Shown one piece after another: positions 1 to 10,357 of a stretch of 32,000 nt of DNA. The notes under the pieces were generated by a model that was not told the DNA's origin, did not search any database, and saw only the letters and a list, made by a program, of their open reading frames with translations. The position numbers and the translations under genes were made by a program. Every line of letters begins with the position of its first letter. Within the stretch, counting starts at the first letter, position 1. The DNA is from Mycobacterium leprae TN (GTDB lineage Bacteria > Actinomycetota > Actinomycetes > Mycobacteriales > Mycobacteriaceae). The stretch spans positions 2,580,001-2,612,000 of the forward strand of contig NC_002677.1 of assembly GCF_000195855.1 (NCBI RefSeq). The letters are read 5' to 3'.

Positions 1-875
1 TCAATCGTGGGGGAACAATACAACGCGCCGTAAATCCCTCAGGGCACCACAGTGTCCTGCATCGACCGCAACTTATTGAGCATGGCGAACGCATTCGTCT
101 GGAACGGGAACATCTCCTTGTCGCCACCGTCCTCTTAGGTGTGTATCGAGCATAGCCACTATTCGACGAATGCATCGCCACCAGCACGTCATGGTCGACA
201 CATAGCTGCCAAAACGGGCCGAACTCCGGCACCGCAAACGAACGCGGACCACAGTACCAGGTAACGGAGGACGGCCGCATCAGGATCGTCCGAGCAACGC
301 GTCGCACCACCCTAGTCCAGCTCCTCAATTGCCTTCTCGGCAATCAGCAAGCTGGCCTACCAGGACGGTGAAAATGCGGTCATGGTAACTAAAACTCCAC
401 ACCTCGTCGAGCCACTGGTTGAGCGCGTACACCACCACATGAATCAACGGCGGGTCATCATGCACTCGCTCTTCAACCAGACTGACCAGAGTCGAGCACA
501 TCGATTAGCGGTCGACATCTAGATCATTCATCAGCTCTAGCCAGGGATCGGTCTCGTGAAAGGCCGGGAACAAACATCCGCTCGCCAAATAGCTGCTGGC
601 AGTTTTTGCCTTTCAGATTGCCATTTTTGAAGTACTCCTACATAGCCTCGAGACAGGCAACCACCTCGAACGTGGGATTACGAATGTAGTCACCGATGTG
701 GCCGCAAATCCCGATATTGGTTCGACCATTGACCTGTATGTACTGGATCGCGTCGCGGTGATGCTTCACCAGTTACTTGGTTAGCGAATCCTCCATCTCG
801 TAGAAGTGATCTTTGGCGTCAAACAGCGGATAGATCGAGTCAGCTGCTGACATAAGATCCTCCATTGCTATTTAC
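1..875 (-). pseudogene. Amidohydrolase-2 family (metal-dependent, TIM-barrel) pseudogene, continues off the left edge
   Basis: Minus-strand conceptual translation, with stops/frameshifts, gives MEDLMSAADSIDPLFDAKDHFYEMEDSLTK, DAIQYIQVNGRTNIGICGHIGDYIRNPTFEV, DPPLIHVVVYALNQWL, FWQLCVDHDVLVAMHSSNSGYARYTPK, FQTNAFAMLNKLRSMQDTV. These blocks resemble mycobacterial amidohydrolase-2 proteins. No long ORF survives. Confidence 0.7.
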
Positions 876-1129
876 GAAAAAATTTTTGTAAAAACGTATT
901 GAAGTGAGCTGTCGCGCTGGGCTTAGGAACAGAGGCTAAACCTCTTGACTCTGGCTGACCGGAGATACATCTTGAGGATAACGTCCGGTGGGCGCAAAGC
1001 AGGAGTCAGGGAATCCGCAGGTGATATTATTCACCCTTTACGAGAAGGTAAATATCGCAGGAGCCGTACATGGTCAACTCGAAGTTCGACTACAGGCTCG
1101 CGGTCCGCACCATTAACCATCCACACGCC

Positions 1130-2690
1130 CGCAATCCCATTATAACTAAAGAATCTGGAACAGTTCGACGCCGCGGAAGGCACCCGAACGGGTTCGCACT
1201 AGCCATTTGCAGCCAATCTAACACCCTGACGCCGCAGAGCGCGGTGGCCACTGAAATAACCCATGCTACTGCGGCCGCCGGAAGCAACCCGGCCACACAG
1301 TGGGCACACCGTAACCGCAACCTTGGCTCCCCCAACAGGTGAAGATCGACCTAGATGGCTCAGATGGGGGTGACAGCCAGGACGCTTGCCTAAGGAAAAA
1401 TTGTCCCGGGAAGGGCTATCCGGGCCAACATCGGCGATGAACTTACGATCACCGTGACGATCCGGCGCGATTATCCGACCTCAGTCCACTGACACGGTGG
1501 TCGCGTTGCCCAACGACATGGACAGCGCCGATCCCGCCATGCCAAGCAGCCCGGGCCAGCCGTGACTTTATTTATCGGTTCTCGGTGCCGAACGTGGGCA
1601 CTTACTGGGCCCATCCGCACACTGGTCTGGACGCTGATACAAAGCCTCTATCTACTAGTTATCGTCTACGATCCAACCAAGCCAGGTAACTACGACGCCT
1701 AATGACCTAATGAATTGTCGTCATGAATGATTAGACGACGGTGTCGGGAAGATCCCACAATAACTCTATGATGATCTAACCTCGCCCAAAAAGTCGAACA
1801 TGACCAAGACCATTCTGACAACGTCGACCATATCATCTGCACCAGCTACAAGCGGTACGAACCCGTCGACCGAAATTCCTGGGTCGCTGGGTAGCTACGT
1901 CGGGAAAAACGACTTGCTCGCCAGTAACGCGGTGCACATCGCCTACCCCTATTACCTGTTCAAAGGACGAATACCGGTGACTAAGAAAACATTCAAAGCG
2001 AGGCCGTGCCAGCAAATCCGGATCCGGTTTATCAATAACTGCTCCGACAAAGCTTTTCGCATTGCTCTGGTGAGGTATTCGATGAAAGTGACGGGCTCTG
2101 ACGTTTACCCCGTGGTTCCCAGGCCAACGCCCTGTTAATCGGTATGGACGAACACTACAACGTCATCGCGACCGCCGCCGACGACATCTTCCCACCGGTT
2201 GCATCAGTGGTGCATCAGTGGAAAGGAAAACTTCCTTTGCACGTGCATTATTCGTCACCGGGTTAGGAGACACACCCGACCCTCAAGTTCGTCCGGCAGA
2301 GCTAACTAAACAGGTAGGTGTCATCGAGATGTTCACCTACACAACGGTCGTCACCCCTAGATCCCACACAACTAGATATGAATCTTGCGATAGTCTTGGA
2401 TGGCAACATGATACGACACAACTGGACAATCAACGGCGAACCGTATAGCGAAACCAATCCGCTGAAAGGTACAACTGGGCCAATGTCACACGTTAAAGTT
2501 CGATAAAATCACAATTATGCGGCATCCGATGTACTTGCACCGCTATGCCATCCAGGCAACCAAGGCCGACAGTAGCCCCAACTACCACAAAGATAAGCTC
2601 ATCGTGCCGTCGAACCAGAAAATCGATGCTGTGCTGGTTGTAAATAACCGGGGAACATGGATGTTCGACTGCAACAACATCTAAGAATCA
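1130..2690 (+). pseudogene. mmcO: Multicopper oxidase pseudogene (mmcO / Rv0846c-like)
   Basis: Collinear fragments across frames: NGFALAICS (Tat/lipobox-like leader), YRFSVPNVGTYWAHPHTGLDAD, HIAYPYYLFKGRIPVTKKTFKARPCQQIRIRFINNCSDKAFRIAL..SMKVTGSDVYPVVP, DPQVRPAEL..VGVIEMF, WTINGEPYSETNPL, MRHPMYLHRY, VPSNQKIDAVLVVNNRGTWMFDCNN. These are degraded multicopper oxidase motifs (WAHPHTG and a degraded HPIHLHGH / HCHNN). Confidence 0.88.
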
Positions 2691-3813
2691 AGAAGCAGGT
2701 ATTAAGACCCTGCTGAACTACAACCTCTAGCTGTCGGAGAATTTCCCGAGAAAGTCCAGCAGCAACTCATTGATTGCTGACAACTGTTCGATCTGGGGAT
2801 AGTTGCCGGCGTTGTCGACCACCACCGAGTGCCCACCCTTAACCTGCTTCGCTAATCTGATCCAACCAGCCGCCGGAGAAGAAGGAGCTTCCCTAACAAA
2901 ACGAGGCATAAACTAGGCTCCTTAAAAACGTGATTCAATTAGCAGTAAAAAGAGATGGACAAGGTCGCGAAGTGACTCAATAATGTTGCACCGTCTATGC
3001 CTAGACTGGCAATTATGCAGCCCGGCACAAGACGCTAAGGAGCCGGGTTTTAACCTCGACTCCAGATCTCGACACTTACAGTACAAGGAAACTAACATAT
3101 CGAAGCTGGTTCACTCCAACACCTTCACTAGATTAGCCTTGGAACCCAAGCGATCACACGACCAGCATTCTCAAATATGGACTCATACAGTCGAAGCATC
3201 GCGCTAAGTCTAAAAACACCGATAACACCTGAAGTAGAGGTGATTAATGCTCAAAAATACCCACATCATTAACAGTACAGTGTCCTTCGCTATTACTGTC
3301 AACGGCACCTCGACCGCGTTTCGCATCGACGACGCTTTCACCTGTTGGATGTACTCCAAAGGCGATCGGTTGGAACACAACCTCCCCAACTCTGGCTGGG
3401 ATTGTGCCAGGTCAGCCTTGTCAGACTTGGTCTATCGTGCACTCAGCGCCGGCATGGTTGTAGACGATACCGGTATGAAATTCAACGTCCACGGCCACAC
3501 CGACGGGGCCGGATTCCTGATACGGATCCAACGCCATTGCCGGCCATCAGCGCTTGGTGGGCCTGACCAGAGGACGACACGAACTGCTCTGGCCACCCAA
3601 TGACCTGAGCTCCAGCCAAGGCGCCCACCGCTACCTACAAGCAATCTGCTATGTCCCCAACTCGCTGTTCAACGACCTGCTGCCACCTTCGGTTATAGAA
3701 GCAAGTGCTGTCCGACTCGACACTCGATTAGTGCGATCAACGCTGCGGTTTCGCAGCCTTAGTCGCGCAGATGCAACGATCACCGCCTGCCAAGGCCTGG
3801 TCCACAATGAGGG

Positions 3814-3840
3814 GTAGTAGTAGTAGTAGTAGTAGTAGTA
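3814..3840. repeat. Perfect trinucleotide microsatellite (GTA)9, 27 bp
   Basis: Direct reading: ggg + (gta)x9 + aaagcc. It creates artefactual poly-Ser / poly-Tyr runs in frames. Confidence 0.98.
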
Positions 3841-4389
3841 AAAGCCCTGAAGTCTTTCCCCGCAAGCACACCACCGGCATGCATATTCCGACTTCGTCAC
3901 CGAATAGGTAGTGTCAAGCAAAGGCACTGGACCTGCCACAACACGCGCCGCCGCCAACATACAGTCCAGTACTACCGCTGGCTCGCCGGGAGCCTGCGAC
4001 ATCTTCCTCGCTGCTACCATTGTGCGGTAAGGGAACACATGTTCAGCGGACGGACAGCGGAGGCGTTATTCAGACTCGACGATTATCAGCACGCGCAATT
4101 AGCTGTGAATCAGAGAGCACTGGTGGCATTCGCGCCGACCACGGGCTTGCTGATCTGGCGAGCCTGTGGGTTTGCTGGTATTGGTTTGACGACGCCCACC
4201 ACCACATCGACCTGTCAACGATCACCGCCACCCGTAACGTTCTGGTAAACACCAACTACCCATCTGAGCCCCGCATCGATCTCGGTCAACCGTTCGTGCC
4301 GATCACGGTTACCTTGGTGATACACCTGGGTATGCTATCCTTCCGCCGACTTGCCGACCGGTTAGCTATCGTCGATCTCTATGTTTACG

Positions 4390-5910
4390 AAGGAAGTCCG
4401 CATGTATTCTGAGTTCAACGAAATCATCGGTGGAGCAGGTTCATCGGATGCCACACTAACCGCTCGTCTGACCATCATCAGGTGGAAAATGCTGCTAGTG
4501 GAAGTTGGTCCGGATTACCCGGATAAGTCACGGTTGCCATATTATCTGCTTAACGACAAGACACCATCAATGGCGTTGCACGACTAGGGTTCGTCAGTTT
4601 CCGTGACGACAGAACAGAACTATAGCCCAGAAGGTCGTCGGCTTGTTGCTAGACGATCAAGCCGTATTACCCTGCAGCCGAGGCACTATGATTTCGCGGA
4701 CTGGAACGTCTAGTCCTGGATGGAGTTACTACCGTTCCTTCGCGGCCTGAAGGACGGCGCTGACTTCGACCGCCCTCATTACGGAACTGCAGTCCCTTTG
4801 GCCTTTCAACACAACAACTCTGCAGAGTGGTCAGCAATCTCGGCTCTGCATTGGTAAAGACCGCTGTCGCCGCAGGATTCCCCTCGGCCGCATACCACAG
4901 CACACTAGATGCGACCTGCTTGGGTGCGGTTCTGATACACATCACGGCAGACAGACGGCTGATCTCGGTGGCCGCAGCCTATCGAGACGCGGTACGCGCC
5001 AGATCGATTCTGGCAATCCTACCTAACGCATTAGTGGACAAAGCGCTTTTCTACGTGTCGCGGACCATCGGGGTACAGTTGATTTACCGATGGACAATCA
5101 CGAACCATACATGCCGACCGAATCACGCTGTAAATAGGAACCTACGGCACACTGACTATTCTACAACAACATCCGTATATTGGCCCAGCGGACCTGCTGT
5201 GTGCACTTGGCGTTGCTGTCGTTCGCCGACCGACCCGGAGTCGGTTCCAACCTCGCCGTCATTCCCAGCTCGCGGATCGGGCTACTGCCACGGCCGGGCC
5301 GCCGACTCATATGACAAAGTCGCACTGCGCTACACAGCACCCGGGTCGGCCACGCGGAATGACATACAGCTACACGGACTCAGCCATGGTGTCCTAGAGG
5401 TTTTTGCACCCCATCTCACGAGCGTCACGCCGGACCGTTGAATTTTCAATAGTAACCTCTACCCTGGATGGCTCATCGTGGGTGTGGCACTCTGCGTGCA
5501 GTATCCACCGATCCGGGCGCACCGCTGCCTCGTATCAAGATCGACTATGGCCGTGACCCAGAGAATCTGCGCCGCCAACGTGAAGGGATCTTGCTGTGCT
5601 GGGAGCTACTGCGGCAGAAAGAATCTGCGGAACGCAGCTAAGTAGACTATTGATATGGAAGAGACCATAGTGCACTCATACTCGAGGCTAAACGACGTCA
5701 TTCGTCGGGTGGCGCTACCACACCCACGGGCACCGCGCTAGGATCCCCTTGACGACCCCACAGCAGTAGTGGACAACTGCTGTTGGAAGCGATGGCCGGA
5801 GGGGACTCCGGGGTGACCAACATCTCGATCATCCCAGCGTCCCTCCGCGCACCAATGCCAACCCCTTATCAATCATGATAGGAAAACGGGTAGCGACGTG
5901 GTCCAACTGA
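4390..5910 (+). pseudogene. GMC-family oxidoreductase (choline/glucose-methanol-choline dehydrogenase-like) pseudogene
   Basis: Collinear fragments: FNEIIGGAGSSDATLTARLT..MLLVEVGPDYPD..LPYYLLN (degenerate FAD-binding N-term), LQPRHYDFADWNV*SWMELLPFLRGLKDGADFDRPHYG, LDATCLGAVLIHITADRRLISVAAAYRDAVRARS..LVDKALF..TIGVQLI, VALRYTAPGSATRNDIQLHG, PRIKIDYGRDPENLRRQREGILLCWELL, and NISIIPAS../VPPRTNANPLSIMIG near the C-term. Confidence 0.78.
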
Positions 5911-6140
5911 CCTAGAACCTCATTCGAACTTCTTTCGTACTAAAACACCACCTAGATGACCTCACTCTGTATGAAAACGAAAAAACGCCTGATATTTTCA
6001 CTTTCTCACTTACCAGCGCTAGCTATGACCAGCGACAGGATGAAGTCGGCATCACATTTCAGGGCATCTGCCGATGCTAGATTGACGCAGTCAGTTGGAC
6101 GTCGGTTACGCATCGGTGTTCACGCTGGAGGTCCGGTCAG

Positions 6141-6545
6141 ATGGGTGACGTGAATTGGGACACGCTGCAGAAGGCCGCGGTCGCGGCCAGAGCGAATTCC
6201 TATGCGCCCTACTCGAATTTCCCGGTCGGGGTAGCTGGGTTCGTCAACGACGGCCGGCTCATTACAGGGGTGAATGTTGAGAACGCTTCATACGGACTCG
6301 CGCTATGTGCCGAGTGTTCGATGATTTCGGCATTATACGCTACCGGTGGTGGCCGACTTGTTGCCGTCTACTGCGTCGACGGCAACGGGGACTCGCTCAT
6401 GCCATGCGGTCGCTGTCGCCAATTGCTTTACGAGCATGGCGGACCCGAACTGAAAATCATGACCCCGAAAGGCGTGCAGACAATGGCCCAGCTCCTTCCC
6501 CAAGCATTCAACCCGCAGGAAAGGATATTCGGAAATGACGAATAA
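6141..6545 (+). CDS. cdd: Cytidine deaminase, 134 aa
   Basis: Intact ORF with zinc-deaminase motifs (NVENASYGLALCAECS, PCGRCRQLL) and close resemblance to mycobacterial Cdd (Rv3315c-like). Confidence 0.96.
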   Translation: MGDVNWDTLQKAAVAARANSYAPYSNFPVGVAGFVNDGRLITGVNVENASYGLALCAECSMISALYATGGGRLVAVYCVDGNGDSLMPCGRCRQLLYEHGGPELKIMTPKGVQTMAQLLPQAFNPQERIFGNDE

Positions 6546-6569
6546 GACCACCGTGGAGACGATCGCAAT

Positions 6570-7990
6570 CGACGGCCGCACAGCCAGCAAGGCAACGTGG
6601 GCGATTCGGGCCGCTATGAGTTTCGGCGCCTCGTCGCACAAATGTTCAACATTGTAATCAGCCCAACGCTGCCCATGCTTAAGGCAGAACTGGATTTTTG
6701 TTCTGTCCGCACAAACTTCGACGATCACCGCCTACATCCTGGCGTTTGGTGCTGCGCTCGTCGCGGGCGGTCGCATGAGTGATCTGCTCGGCGAAGTCAA
6801 GATGATCGTCATAGGCTTCATCATTTTCAACGCCGGTCTGATAGTGTAAGCCATCACCGTGGCCGGCCCCCGTATGATCTAATAGCCGAACTATCCAAGA
6901 CATCGGTATCGGCATATCCGCCCCGGCTACCTTATCGATTGTGGTTAACTCTTTCCCTATAACCCGATAGGGGTTCGCCGCCGGCGTGTGGGGGTCCGCG
7001 CACGGATTCGGTTTCCTCATTACCCGCTGATGCTGCCTAGATGATGCAGACGCCAGCTAGCGCTGGATGTCCTGGATGGCCGTACCCGCTCCACAGCGCT
7101 GGCCATTATCGTCACTCTCGCGGCAACTCGCGAATACCAAAACGTGATAGCTGAGGAGAAATACGATGGCTTAGCCTGATTTTGAGTTACGCTGCTCGTC
7201 TTCATGCTGCAGAACTCGTCGGTGGGCTAAACTACGCAGGAAGCCTGGGGATCCCTGACGGCAAGTATCTATTTTGCTGGCGTTTTCTGTGTCGTGGAAA
7301 CCAACATCGGCCCACCCTCTGGTGGACTTCGATCTGTGGAAGGAGTACCTGTTTTCCGGCGGTTTCTTCGCCTAGAGCGCTGTCGGCTTGGTCTACATTC
7401 CATTCCGGACGTTTGTCGGGTCGGTGTTCTCTGTTCTTCATTTATGTCTAAGATTACTCACCAAGCAGGCCAGCTAGGTCATCGTGATAACAACCGTCAG
7501 CTCCATAGTTGTCCAACCATCGGCCAGCCGATGGTTGGACAAGGTCAGCCCCCGCCTCCCCATGATGGTTGCTCCGGCGATGCAAGCCATGGCCCTGGCC
7601 TGGATCGGACTATTCTTCAGACTAGACAGACCGCTGGCAGAAATGGCAATTTCGTTGGCAATCATGGTTATTAACGTGGGTATGGAGCTTCTATTATGTA
7701 ATATATGCAGCCATGTCGGCCGTGGACACCAAAATGATCCGGGATGGGATCGGTGCTCATCCAGATGACCTTAAACATTACTGCGGACCTCGATAATCGA
7801 CCGGGCACTGCGACATGTGACTGCACACTATGCCGGAACAGTCCAGAACAGCAATTTATCGCAGGCCAACGACAGCCTCGCAGCGCTATCCAACGACGCT
7901 GCCGAGGCTACCGGATCAGGTTGCGTTGGGAACTTCATCGGTGGCAATCACGAACCTCGATGTTGGTACTGCCGATTGTCGCGCTGGCAA
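6570..7990 (+). pseudogene. MFS permease (DHA2/drug-resistance-like) pseudogene
   Basis: Fragments TSTITAYILAFGAALVAGGRMSDLLGEVKMIVIGFIIFNAGLIV, DIGIGISAPATLSIVVNSFP, LVDFDLWKEYLFSGGFFA, ITTVSSIVVQPSASRWLDKVSPRLPMMVAPAMQAMALAWIGLFF, MLVLPIVALASAIFA, spread over frames and interrupted by stops. Confidence 0.6.
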
Positions 7991-8596
7991 GCGCAATCTT
8001 CGCCTAGGTGTGGACATACTCCCTCGAACTACAAATCCCCGGATTTGCGTTCCAGCACCTAAGCCTGGTAATTTCAGCGGTATCGCCGCCGATTTGCGTG
8101 CAAGGCGTTAATCACTGGGTTCTGCAAACTCACTGACATCATCGATCAGGGACGGATGTGATGCCCGGTTAAGCAGCGTACAGGTAGTGAGCGGTCCCGT
8201 CTACGACCCTAGCGTGGTTAAACTACTGGCCTTCGCAGTCAGCCACGGTGATGAGCAACTCAATCAGGCAATCGAGTTTTGCCACGGTGACGAACCTACC
8301 GTGGATCTTCTCCGCGTGATCGCCGAGCAACGTCCGGTGAAAGTTCTCAGTTGCGTGCTGACCGATGCCGAAGAGATCGTGCTTAATACTTCTATCGCTA
8401 CGACGCCCTATACATCGGAACCAGTTTGCTCAACACAGTCCTGATACTGGTTTCGCCCAAGTTATCTGTCGTCGCGAAAACCCCTGCTAAGACCGCCGGC
8501 TTCTACCGATCAAACAGCTCTACAGTTACCATTGTTTGGTGATAAGTAACTTTGGTGCAGAACGGTTTCGCTTCATACTCGACAGGAATCAACCAA

Positions 8597-9550
8597 TCAA
8601 GCGTTGAGCAGGCTGACCTTGAGGTAGTTGAACAACGCCGCACCTAAATCTTCACTGAATTTATGTAGCTGCACGGGCGTGGCCGTTACCTGGTCACCCT
8701 CGAGCCGGTTGAGCAGTGTGCAGCAGATCATCGCGAATTTCGGAAAGCCCCAGTGATTGAGATAGCCCGCGATCATGGCGCCCTCCATCTCGATGTTACG
8801 CACACCATTCTCGTCGAGCCACCGCAGCCATGCCATCTTTGTCGTCGGTGTCTCGAAGCACACCGCGCCGTCGAGACGGAACTGTTCAAGGAAGAACTCG
8901 TTGCCGCTGACCGTCCTACCGGATACCATCGCCAAGTCATCGATGCCTTCATTGGCAGCGATGATGGCGTTGTGAGTACCAGCGGGGAAGCACCCATCGA
9001 ACCAATACTCACTGTCGCCGCCCCTGAGTAATCGGTAAGGCTGGAGATCAGCCATGAGGCCCTCAGATGACACCACCACGGTTCCGCTGGGCAGTCCGAT
9101 ACCCCCGCTGGTGCCTACCCGACACCAGAATACCTTATCTAGGGCCTCCAGGTCGCCGCGCTTGAGGAAGAACACCAAGCGCATGAGCTCCTGTAGCGCG
9201 ATCGAGGCACTGGCCATACCCATGCCGTGGGAAGCGAAGAGCACGCCGGCGGTGTACCTGGTGACGAACCGGTCCTCTTTTGAAAAGGCAATAACCCGGG
9301 AAACTTTAGACCCGCCATTCAGCTCACTCCAGCGGTCGGCAAACGTGGTGATACGCTCCCTAGTGCCGGCCAGGATGACTGCTTTGACATCGCGAAGCTC
9401 ATCGAGAGCCGGGTCGGAGGAGGCTATGCCGAAGTGATAGTAAACGTCCTCGTGGCTGCCGTCTAGGACACCGTCGAGAAATGCGTAGTTGATGTTCTCA
9501 GTCTTCACCTCGACCTCTCCGATTCGTCGAACGCAAGGAAATCTACGCAC
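8597..9550 (-). CDS. udp: Uridine phosphorylase, eukaryote-like, 317 aa ORF (the true start may be an internal codon)
   Basis: Intact ORF. Motifs YHFGIA, FASHGMGMASASIALQELMRL, CRVGTSGGIGLPSGTVVVSSE, VRNIEMEGAMIAG, LLNRLEGDQVTATP closely parallel animal UPP1/UPP2 (RIGTSGGIGLEPGTVVIT, VRNIEMESSVFA, LLNRLEGDQI). Confidence 0.93.
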   Translation of the reverse strand: MRRFPCVRRIGEVEVKTENINYAFLDGVLDGSHEDVYYHFGIASSDPALDELRDVKAVILAGTRERITTFADRWSELNGGSKVSRVIAFSKEDRFVTRYTAGVLFASHGMGMASASIALQELMRLVFFLKRGDLEALDKVFWCRVGTSGGIGLPSGTVVVSSEGLMADLQPYRLLRGGDSEYWFDGCFPAGTHNAIIAANEGIDDLAMVSGRTVSGNEFFLEQFRLDGAVCFETPTTKMAWLRWLDENGVRNIEMEGAMIAGYLNHWGFPKFAMICCTLLNRLEGDQVTATPVQLHKFSEDLGAALFNYLKVSLLNA

Positions 9551-9790
9551 CGCGGGTCAAGTTGGTACAGCAACCCACGGACAACATCGGGCGTCTAGCG
9601 ATGTGGTACAGCCGTCCAAAAGACCGTAGTCTCCAGGACACACCCCGACTCGAACCATTTCGTCTGAGGTAATGGAGCTGTAAGAGTGGCCGAAATTTAG
9701 CTTGTCGTTGGTCGTTGGCATTCCTGCTGACTCCCAACGCTTTGCAGGACAAACCAGCCGTTGCCATCCCGTGGCGCATCCGGCACTACC

Positions 9791-10042
9791 CTACAAATGA
9801 ACCACCTTCAGATGGTGTTCGATCAACATTTGCACCTCAATAGAGCTAATCCGGATGCGCTTGTAATTCGTGATAACTACCCAACCACGCTCACCGACAT
9901 CGATGATCCAGTCAGAATCATCGATGCTCTTAGGAATCTTAGGAAGTAGTGCATCGATGAGGTGCCTAGCACAATAGGTGCAGTGTAGCGGAGGACCGCC
10001 ACTATGCCTTTTCCCATCCGAAGCAAATTTCTCCCACGACAT
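9791..10042 (-). pseudogene. PIN-like (DUF5615 / VapC45-like) toxin pseudogene
   Basis: LLPKIPKSIDDSDWIIDVGERGWVVITNYKRIRISSIEVQMLIEHHLKVVHL resembles the core 'D.EWL..VG.RGWVVLTKDKRIR...E...' of PIN-like DUF5615/VapC45 proteins. The N- and C-terminal parts are eroded. Confidence 0.6.
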
Positions 10043-10059
10043 GTTACGACGTCCTCAAA

Positions 10060-10357
10060 AACAACCATCCCGTTGCTCGCACCTAGTCAGGCAGCGTTGC
10101 GATGTTTCGGAACGTAGCCAACCGCTGCACGAACTTGCGCGATGCTCAGCCCGTAATCGGCTGCGAAGTCTTCTTCTCACTCGCCAACATGACCATCCCA
10201 GCAACGTTTCGACTGCGACGCGGCTCCTGGCAAATGTCAACTGCCCACTGTAACTACCATGGGTTGACCAGGATGCCAGGAATTCGTCATCGACAGCCAA
10301 TTCGACCACGTATGTTTCGCCACGCTCGTCCGCGCCCAACTGATCGCGCTTAACCAC
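10060..10357 (-). pseudogene. DUF433-like antitoxin pseudogene, directly upstream of the PIN-like relic
   Basis: Minus strand: GQLTFARSRVAVETLLGW (cf. GQPTFAGTRVPVETLL) followed, after a frameshift, by DFAADYGLSIAQVRAAVGYVPKHRNAA-like sequence (ttcgcagccgattacgggctgagcatcgcgcaagttcgtgcagcggttggctac). Confidence 0.6.

Noticed and set aside
3649-4038. 129-aa minus ORF with a poly-Tyr run, and the matching poly-Ser frame
   Set aside because: The homopolymer run is an artefact of reading through the (GTA)9 microsatellite; no other protein-like signal.
5956-6140. Small ORF MTSLCMKTKKRLIFSLSHLPALAMTS... directly upstream of cdd
   Set aside because: Overlaps the cdd start, short, no recognisable family and no convincing RBS.
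8753-9437. Plus-strand ORFs opposite udp (8753..9031, 9054..9437)
   Set aside because: Antisense shadow of a well-supported CDS.
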